From Candidatus Poriferisocius sp. (GTDB lineage Bacteria > Actinomycetota > Acidimicrobiia > Acidimicrobiales > Bin134), in the NCBI RefSeq assembly GCF_965204145.1, contig NZ_OZ241977.1:1754887-1818886 (forward strand): 64,000 bases of DNA, written 5' to 3'. Of the stretch, positions 50,234 through 58,000 are shown in pieces. A program made the translations under genes and the position numbers. The notes below the pieces were generated by a model. The model made no database searches, was not told where the DNA came from, and was given only the letters and a program-made list of their open reading frames with translations. Each line of letters opens with the position of its first letter. The first letter of the stretch is position 1.

Positions 50234-51703
50234 GTGGGCTTCAAAGAGGACGCAGACTTCGCACGCTTCGTATCGGTGGGCGCAATTGGAACTGCCTCGG
50301 TGGCCGACCACCTTCAAAATCAGCTCAATCATCAGCCGATTGAGCTCGAGCGCTATGCCATGGCCAACAAGGTTTGGCAGACGAAGGTCAAGCGGCTGCG
50401 GCTGCCTGATCTGTTGTGTGTGCGGTGTGGCTTGAGAGTGGAGTCGAGGGCAAAGTCGAAGCTCAAAATCATGCTGTCGCATTCGGATACGCCCGGCCGA
50501 GAGTGGGACGCGGGTGGAATGCGCCAGGATGACCTGTTCGCGTTCCTCCACACCGACATCAACCAGGATCCGCCGCATTGCGGCGCTCCCATCTTCTTTT
50601 CGACTGAGGCACTCCGAGCCAGCATCGCGCAAGCCAAGAGATCGGCACCGAAAGCAGCATCGGAAGGGTCCGAAATCACCCTCACATGGCCCTGTTGGGT
50701 TCCGACCAAACGAGGGCAGTATCTCGGTGTCGACGATGAAGACCGGATCGTGTTCTCAGGCGTGGACGAGAAAGTTCAGCGATACTGGCAATGGCGAGAT
50801 TGGGGTGGTCCGAGATTTATCTACTCGGAACCGGGAGATTTCATAAGGGGCGGCGAACAAGTTCTCGCTGGAGTCGCCGAACAGACTTCCAACCCAATGT
50901 GCTCGGGAGACTCATGGGACTTGGCCGCGGCCCTACACTCCAGCGAGGCCGTCGAGCGGTATGCAGCGGTCAAAGCAGCAGGATCAATGGAGCTTCGCGA
51001 ACTGTTCAGCACCCTGTCCAGTATGAGCAGCGACTCCAGCGAAGATTGGAGAGTCCGACTTGAGGCTCAGATCGCTCTAGCTCGGCTCGAACCCGACCCT
51101 TGGGTCAGGAAAATCACGGACCAGATTTCAGACACCGAGACTGAAGCCGATCAAAAGATGGAGGCAGTCTTGGCAATGTCCGAACTCCCGTCTGAAGCAG
51201 CGGCCATTGCTCTTGATCGGATTGCGGCGAAAACAGACCTTCCAAATGAACTGAGGGCGGCAGCAGCTTGGGGACTGGGACAAGGGGCAGCGCGGAACCC
51301 AGAATTGCTGATCGACCACTTCGTCGATCCGGACCCCATCATCGCTCTGCACGCAATTTCTTCCGTAGATGAACTCTCAAGTGATCTGCAGCGGAAGCTC
51401 GTCGGATGGATGGCCGAAGAAGGGGTGAACCGGGCTTCTGCTGCCGCCCAACTCCTTCAACGCCACGGCTGTGTCGACTCGCTTCTAGAAGCCACGCAAT
51501 TTGGCGACAACGCTCGCCTATGGGCACTTCGAGCACTGGGAGAATTGCCCCCGGCATTGGTCAGGTGTCTAGCCGGAAGCCGACTAACTCCCGATATCGA
51601 ACAGGTACTGCGCCCGATGTGGTTGGGACAGGACGATTGGCTCAGGCAGGACGGCAAAGAGGGTCTCGACGCCCTCGATGTTCAAAAGATCCGGTTCCGC
51701 TAA
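50234..51703 (+). CDS. Putative PD-(D/E)xK-like nuclease fused to HEAT-like repeats
   Basis: PDLLCVRCGLRVESRAK at the N-terminus; repeated R..AA.AL helices at the C-terminus; divergent from the MTase; GTG start inferred. Confidence 0.6.
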   Translation: MGFKEDADFARFVSVGAIGTASVADHLQNQLNHQPIELERYAMANKVWQTKVKRLRLPDLLCVRCGLRVESRAKSKLKIMLSHSDTPGREWDAGGMRQDDLFAFLHTDINQDPPHCGAPIFFSTEALRASIAQAKRSAPKAASEGSEITLTWPCWVPTKRGQYLGVDDEDRIVFSGVDEKVQRYWQWRDWGGPRFIYSEPGDFIRGGEQVLAGVAEQTSNPMCSGDSWDLAAALHSSEAVERYAAVKAAGSMELRELFSTLSSMSSDSSEDWRVRLEAQIALARLEPDPWVRKITDQISDTETEADQKMEAVLAMSELPSEAAAIALDRIAAKTDLPNELRAAAAWGLGQGAARNPELLIDHFVDPDPIIALHAISSVDELSSDLQRKLVGWMAEEGVNRASAAAQLLQRHGCVDSLLEATQFGDNARLWALRALGELPPALVRCLAGSRLTPDIEQVLRPMWLGQDDWLRQDGKEGLDALDVQKIRFR

Positions 51704-51722
51704 GCGTCGACTGGACTGATCG

Positions 51723-52283
51723 CTACGCGAATCGGGCGGAGCGCATGGCCAGGAGATCGCCGTCGGATGCCTCTAGCACCTCGCGGGCCTCGTCGGGGCC
51801 CTTCATGCGCAGCGGGCAGGACACGACTACGTCCATCACCTGGTTGAGCCGGCCGAAGGCAATCCAGCAGCCGATGGCTAGGGTCATCTCCACCACCAGA
51901 TCTTCGCCGAAGTGCCCGACCATGCGGTCCATGAACTTCTGGTCGATGGACAGGTGGTCGACCGCGAATTTCTCCGCGTACTCCAGAGCATCGCGCTCGG
52001 CTTCGCTGAAGCCGTCGTATTCGTTGCGATTTCCGACGTTGAGGTAGTCGTCCTCGCTCAGTTCATATTGCGCCAACGACGCAATGCGGGTGTCCAGTCA
52101 AACCACGCATTCGTTGATCTGGGCGATCCTCATCCGCAGCAGCTCCCGCAACCGCACCGGGAGCTTGCTCTCGTTGTACACCGCGCCGCTGAACGCCGAT
52201 GCCGGTCCGGACAGCGCCGGGGTCATCATCCACAGTCGGTGCAGCTCCTCTTCGGGGCCATCGGGAATCCGAATTCGTGCCAT
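51723..52283 (-). CDS. AhpD/carboxymuconolactone decarboxylase family protein, probable selenoprotein (CxxU)
   Basis: Two ORF-track pieces are in one frame, joined through TGA 52098-52100 in RELLRMRIAQINECVV*LDTR; C-terminal half has ERDALEYAE and VEMT CMD-like motifs. Confidence 0.8.
52067..52085 (-). promoter_or_regulatory. Putative bacterial SECIS hairpin
   Basis: AUUGCGUC-GUU-GGCGCAAU, starting 12 nt after the UGA; loop begins with GU. Confidence 0.6.
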
Positions 52284-52352
52284 GCCTCCTCCTTGGCTGG
52301 GGTCGTCCCCACAGTACCGCCCCGTGTTCCTGTTGCCCCTACAGTCGATGGA

Positions 52353-54047
52353 ATGGGCGCCAATGGCCGACGATTGACAGCCATCGCACTGGCCGTTGCG
52401 CTGGTCTTGTCAGCCTGTTCTTCATCTGAGAAGTCGGCCGAACCGCCAGCGCCGACGGCTGCTCCCGCATCACCGGCCGAACAGCCGCAGTCCCAAGCAA
52501 CCGCTGAGGCCGAACCGACATCTATGCCCGAGCCAACGTCTGAGTTTAGGCCGACAGCCAGCGAATCGCCGGGCGGCAGCCCGCCTGAAGTCATAGAGCA
52601 TGCCGCCGACTGGCCCCTGCCCAATCGGGACAACGCCGCCACCCGGGCTGTGTTCGACAGCCCCATCGACTCGTCCAACGTCCATCGCCTGGAAGTGGCC
52701 TGGACTGCCGAGGTTCCCGGCGGCAGCACCTGGGGCAACCTGGCCACGACCCCGCTCATCTTGGGCAACCGGGTGTACGTGGCCGGCCTCGACGGCGGGG
52801 TTCAGGCCATCGACCGAAAGACCGGCGAGGTTCTCTGGACGACGGGACGACGGGGTGGCATGTACGGCCCCTCGGGAGTGGTGGTGGGCTGGGGCAAGGT
52901 GTTCGCCACCAAGATCGGCTGGCGCCAGCGGGGCCAGCTCATCGCGGCCTATGACGCCGAGACCGGCGAGGAGATCTGGGCCACCGACATCACCGGTGGC
53001 GACCTCAGCGAGATCAACGTGCAGCCGTTCGCCTACAACGGATTGGTGTACGCGGCCACCAGTGGCTTCCCCGCCGGGGCGCGGGGCACCATCCACGCCT
53101 TGGACCAGGCCACCGGTGAGATCGTGTGGTCGTTCGCCACCGTGGAGGACGAAGACCTGTGGGGAAACCCCAGCATCAACAGCGGAGGCGGGGCATGGTA
53201 TCCCCCCGCGCTGGACACCGAAACTGGCACGCTTTACTTCGGGGTGGGCAACCCCTACCCCTTCCCCGGCGCCCCCGGCTGGCCGGCGGGGTCGAGCCGT
53301 CCGGGCGACAACCGGTGGACCAGCGGCACGGTGGCCCTCGACGCGGCCACCGGCGAGCTGCGCTGGGGGTTCCAGGCCTTCCCCCACGACATCTTCGACC
53401 GCGACCACGTGCTGGTGACGCTGGCCCACGCCCAAGACCACGGCCTGGACCGCGACGTGCTGGTGACCGCGGGCAAAGGCGGGGTGGCGTTCGGCCACGA
53501 TCCGGCCACCGGCGAGGTGCTGTGGCGCACTTCGGTGGGCCAGCACCAGAACGACCACCTGGAGAGCTTCGACAAGCCGGTCGAGGTGATGCCCGGCGCC
53601 CAGGGCGGCATGGTGACTCCGGTGGCAGCGGCCGACGGGGTGTTCTACGCCGTGGTGGTCAACGCCCCCAGCTTCTACGAGTCCGACCAGGTGGCCAGCG
53701 GCGGCGAGGGCACCCAGCTTTTCACCCGCCCTAGCAACGCGGTGGCCATCGACATCGCAACGGGCGACATCGTCTGGGACGTGGAGATCGTCTCCCAGTT
53801 CCCCGACGTTCCCGCCGCCGACGCGTTCGGCGGCATGACGGTGGTGAACGACCTCCTGTTCACGTCCACGTTCTTCGGAGAGCTATTGGCCCTCGATCGG
53901 GCCACTGGCGAGATCGTGTGGCACCACCAGGCAAAGGGGGCCACCAACGGCTGGCCCGCAGTGGCCGACGACATGATCATCTACCCCATCGGCCTTGTGG
54001 ACGAGCCTGGAATCCCCCACCTGCTGGCCCTGCGCCTGAAGCCCTAG
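52353..54047 (+). CDS. PQQ-like beta-propeller lipoprotein
   Basis: Lipobox LSAC; repeated ALD..TGE..W blades; PHD.FD.D. Confidence 0.85.
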   Translation: MGANGRRLTAIALAVALVLSACSSSEKSAEPPAPTAAPASPAEQPQSQATAEAEPTSMPEPTSEFRPTASESPGGSPPEVIEHAADWPLPNRDNAATRAVFDSPIDSSNVHRLEVAWTAEVPGGSTWGNLATTPLILGNRVYVAGLDGGVQAIDRKTGEVLWTTGRRGGMYGPSGVVVGWGKVFATKIGWRQRGQLIAAYDAETGEEIWATDITGGDLSEINVQPFAYNGLVYAATSGFPAGARGTIHALDQATGEIVWSFATVEDEDLWGNPSINSGGGAWYPPALDTETGTLYFGVGNPYPFPGAPGWPAGSSRPGDNRWTSGTVALDAATGELRWGFQAFPHDIFDRDHVLVTLAHAQDHGLDRDVLVTAGKGGVAFGHDPATGEVLWRTSVGQHQNDHLESFDKPVEVMPGAQGGMVTPVAAADGVFYAVVVNAPSFYESDQVASGGEGTQLFTRPSNAVAIDIATGDIVWDVEIVSQFPDVPAADAFGGMTVVNDLLFTSTFFGELLALDRATGEIVWHHQAKGATNGWPAVADDMIIYPIGLVDEPGIPHLLALRLKP

Positions 54048-54083
54048 ACCTCAGATGCGGTGCGGCCTAGTCCAACGGCGTTT

Positions 54084-54506
54084 TCAGCCACCCGCCCAAG
54101 GGTCGATGAGGTCGACTGCCATGCCTTCGAAGTGCCGGATGTTGCGAGTTGCCACGGCCATGTCGCGAGAACGGGCGATCGCCGCGATCTGGCCGTCGGA
54201 CTGGGAAACGGGACGTCCATCTGCCCGGCAGGCAGCAGCGATGCCGGCGTATGCGCGTGCCGCATCACTGTCAAACGGCAGCACACGACCAGCGAAGACC
54301 TCACGCAGCATCGCCTCAACCTCAGTTTCCAGGGCGTCTCGACGCCGGCCCGCAGGCATTATGGCAATGCCATAGAGCAACTCCGCCTCGCTCACTGCGG
54401 AGAGGAACATGGTGGTTGCTGCGCGCTCTGCCACCCATGCTTCAACTGCTGAATCCGGCAACGGGCGCATCAATTCAGAGACAACGTTGGTGTCGAGAAC
54501 AATCAC
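54084..54506 (-). CDS. vapC: PIN-domain toxin (VapC/FitB-like)
   Basis: IVLDTNVVSE, DGQIAAIA, ATRN..HF. Confidence 0.9.
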   Translation of the reverse strand: MIVLDTNVVSELMRPLPDSAVEAWVAERAATTMFLSAVSEAELLYGIAIMPAGRRRDALETEVEAMLREVFAGRVLPFDSDAARAYAGIAAACRADGRPVSQSDGQIAAIARSRDMAVATRNIRHFEGMAVDLIDPWAGG

Positions 54507-54516
54507 CGCTCCTGCC

Positions 54517-54759
54517 TCATTCGAAACGAGGCGGTTCTGGCATGGCCTCTCTTGGGGGCAATTCCAACTCCACCCCCCCGAGATGGGCAAAGCGTTCGCG
54601 AATTGCAGCAGCAAGATCGGTGGGGCCCACGTCCTGCTCAACGGCGTCGCGCAAGATCAAACGGGCCTCCTCTTCCATTGAACGCCCGTGGCTGGCCGCC
54701 AGTACACGGAGCCGCTTCTTCACTTCATCGTCAAGATTGCGAATGGTGATGCTCGCCAT
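54517..54759 (-). CDS. RHH antitoxin (FitA-like)
   Basis: MASITIRNLDD..K.RLR..AA.HGRSMEEEAR.IL. Confidence 0.9.
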   Translation of the reverse strand: MASITIRNLDDEVKKRLRVLAASHGRSMEEEARLILRDAVEQDVGPTDLAAAIRERFAHLGGVELELPPREAMPEPPRFE

Positions 54760-54807
54760 TTCTTCTCTTGCCTTCTTTCGCCTCCCACAAGCCTACCGTG
54801 ACATGGC

Positions 54808-54822
54808 GATTGCAATGCAATC
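54808..54822. promoter_or_regulatory. Palindromic operator candidate upstream of the FitA-like gene
   Basis: GATTGCA-A-TGCAATC; TAGGCT -10-like box at 54790-54795 on the minus strand. Confidence 0.5.
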
Positions 54823-54849
54823 ACCTTCACCTCAAAGAGATCATGGGCG

Positions 54850-55002
54850 ATGGCTGAACTCGCAGTAATCATCCACGGCGAGCGGGCCGGAACGGTCTCA
54901 GACGGCAGGGACGGGCGGGCGCTTTTCTCCTACAGCGGCGAGTACCTTTCAGGTGGCTGTCTTATGGGGTGGGGGCCTGGGGGGTGGTTTGGGGGCCTTT
55001 GA
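54850..55002 (+). pseudogene. Truncated HipA N-terminal domain fragment
   Basis: Hand translation MAELAVIIHGERAGTVSDGRDGRALFSYSGEYL resembles the HipA N-terminal subdomain; runs into the end of the large gene. Confidence 0.55.
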
Positions 55003-58000
55003 TTCTTATCCATTGGCTGGAGTGGGGGCTGTCTTCGCCGGTTCTGGGGCCGGTGAATGAGCGGACGAACACGCCGGTGGGGACGCCGTTTTGGAGGCCG
55101 GTGATGGTATAGGCGGCGGTGCCGCCCTCGACGACGATGCCGTCGTTGTGGTGGCCTCTGGGCCCGGCTGGGTTGGCCCAGACTCCGGCGACCTGGCTCC
55201 AGCGCAGGGCGTGGCGGATGTCGTCGTCGGCCTCGCCGGCTCGCGGCGACACGATCCAGGTGATGGTGAGGGTGCCGTCGCCGGGCACGGCCTGGACGTT
55301 GAACGGCTCGAGCCTGCCGTCGCCGGGATGCTCGGGCTGCGGGTCCTCGGGCTGCGGGTCCTCGGGCTGCGGGTCCTCGGGCTGCGGGTCCTCGGGCTGC
55401 GGGTCCTCGGGCTGCGGGTCCTCGGGCTGCGGGTCCTCGGGCTGCGGGTCCTCGGGCTGCGGGTCCTCGGGCTGTTGGGGGAGGGTGGTGGTGTTGTGGG
55501 TGCGGGGGCCTTTGCCGGTTTCGTTTTGGGCTCGTACCCATATGTTGCAGGTTGTGCCGGGTTTGAGGTTGCGGAAGGTGGTGGTGGTTTTGGGTGCGTC
55601 GACGGTGCGGTGTTTGCCGTTTCTGCCGCATCTGATGTGCGCGATGTAGTGGTCGGGGGCGCCGCCGACAGCGGGGGGCTGCCAGGAGACGGTCACGTTG
55701 CGCGGTCTCGCGGCCAGCGACAGGCCGGTCACCGCCCCGGGCGCCTCGACGGTCGTGTCGGCGACCGCGACCGACACCGAGTCGACCGCGATGGCGTCGT
55801 ATCGGGTGTCGCTGCTTGTGGCCTGGTGGGTGACGGTGGCGGTTTCGTCGTGGGTGTCGGGGTCGGCCACCCCGGTGACGGTGAAGGTCTGGGGGGTGTC
55901 CCAGTCGGCGGGGGTGAAGGTCGCCGACGCGGGCGACACAGTTGCGGCGGCGGGGTCGCTGCTCTCAGGGGTGATGGTGACGTCGTGGGCGGGTCTCGCG
56001 TCCAAAACGGCGGTGTAGGTGGCGGTTGTGTTCTCGTCGGTGTTGAGCGTCAGCGGTGTGACGGTGACCGCGGGCGGCTCCGGGACGGGGTCGGTGGTGG
56101 TGGTCAGCGTGTAGGTGGTGGTGGTGTAGGCGTCGGCGGCGGTGACGGTGACCTCGAACGCGACGGGCTCATGGAAGGTGTAGCCGGTGCTCAGCGACCA
56201 CCAGCCGATGCCGGTGTTCCAGCCGGGGGCGGTGAAGGTCGCCTCGGGGTGCTGCGTGCGGATCTTGGCCAGCACGGAGATGTAGGGGGCCTGCTGTGCG
56301 GTGTGGTGGATGGTGTAGTCGGCGGTGTCGGGGTCGAACGCGGGAGACAGCGCCCACCCGTCGGGCAGAGACAGCGATGCGAGGCGGGCGTTGTCGGACT
56401 TGCCCGGTATGGGCTTTCTGGGCTTGTCGCGCTCGCGCTTTTCCGCCGCGGTCTTCTCCGCGGCGAGGCTGGTCGGTCTGGCCTCGGCCGCGCCGGGGGG
56501 CGCGCCGGTGTCGTGGTTCAAGATCGTGATGACCATCCCGCGGCCCTCGAACCCCTCGGCTGTGGGTTTGACGATGATGGTCTCGCCGCTGTCCTCGTGC
56601 GCGTCGTCGACGATGCGCAAAAACACCCGGTGGTAGCCGGTCTCGCCCTCGGCGAAGAACACATAGGGCGCCGTGGTGACCTTGGCCTGCCGGTCGGGCG
56701 GCACGAACGGGTCATAGGAGTTCAGCCACTCGTAGTCCACCCCCGCGGTCGCGGTGCTCGCCGGGTCCACCTCGAGCTCGACCCGCAGCCCGCCGGGCGG
56801 GGCGGGCTCGCTGATCCAGATCGGCAGCGAGTAGAACGCCCCGGCGGGCTCGTCGGGGTCCTTGCCCCTGACGTCGACGATGCTCCCCGCAGGCGGGGTC
56901 TCGCGCACGTGCATCGGGAACGCGCCGAGGCGGTCGGGCCGGTTCGTGGTGGACTCCATCCACAGCAGCGGCGTGTACACCAAAGCCAGGTCCGCCGTGT
57001 CGCCCGCAGACCAGCCCAGACCGGCGCCGGACCACGCGAACAACATGGGGGCGCGGCCCAAGACGGCCTCGTAGTTGTAGGACTCGCCGGTGAGCAGCGG
57101 AAACACCTCGCCGTCGACGACCAGCGACAGGAACATCCACTCGCCCAGCACCGACTCCAACGCGAAGCTCAACGTGCCCGCCCCCGAGTCCTGATGGGCC
57201 AGAGTGCTCGAGCCCAAGTGGACGTAGTGGCCCGAGCCGAGGTTGACATAGGCCACGCCGACGGGCGAGCCCCGGAAGGCCACCCTGCCCGCCGACATCG
57301 CCGACGAGCAGACCGGCCCGGTGCGGGAATCGCCGGGCGCGCCGCAGCCCACCGCGGACGCCGAGCGGCCGTGGCCCAGCCCGAACGACACCTCGCCCAC
57401 CGTCAGGTCCGACTCCCACACCACCCGCTGATTTGCCGGAAGCACCCGCACCGCCACCGGCGACGACCAGAAACTCGGCCCCTCCGCATCAGAGGCCCGC
57501 ACCCGCACCACATAGCGGCCGTAGGTGTCCAGCCCCGCGATCCGCTCCGTCGTGCCGGTGCCCGAATGACCGGTGTCCACCCAGCCCGTAGCAGGATCGC
57601 CCGCCGTCGTCGCCGCCCGGTCCGGGGCGCTTTGGCGCCTGTACTCCACGTCATAGCCGACCACCGCGAAATCAGGGTCGCTCGGAGCGGTCCACGACAC
57701 GTCGATCGTCCCCTCGGAGGTCTCCAAGGTCAGCCCCGTCGGGACGGTGCCCAGCTTGATCTGGAGCTGCACCACCTGCCCCTCCGCCCACGCCGGGCCG
57801 CCGCTCCACTGCTTGGAGTGATCGGCGTCGGTGACGTCGGGATTGGCGAACGGGAACTGCGCATCGCCCACCTGGAGCACATAGGCCCTCAGCCCGGCGG
57901 GAAACACCGGCCCGGCATCGCTAATCACCAAAGACAGGGCGCCTGCGTTGACCGAAAGCGAACTGATGCCGTAGGTCGCGCCGTCGAGGACGAAGTCGTT

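Noticed and set aside
52098-52283. Separate 61-aa gene or nonsense pseudogene
   Set aside because: The stop is UGA at the CxxC position, the frame continues intact and a hairpin follows; recoding is the better explanation, though unproven
51912-52352. Long N-terminal extensions in the ORF track (also 20305-20703, 34570-35070, 1005-1085)
   Set aside because: They overlap real neighbouring genes; family homology and signal peptides begin at downstream starts
55331-55474. Possible CRISPR array
   Set aside because: Head-to-tail 15-bp units with no spacers, in frame within a CDS, and no cas genes in the window
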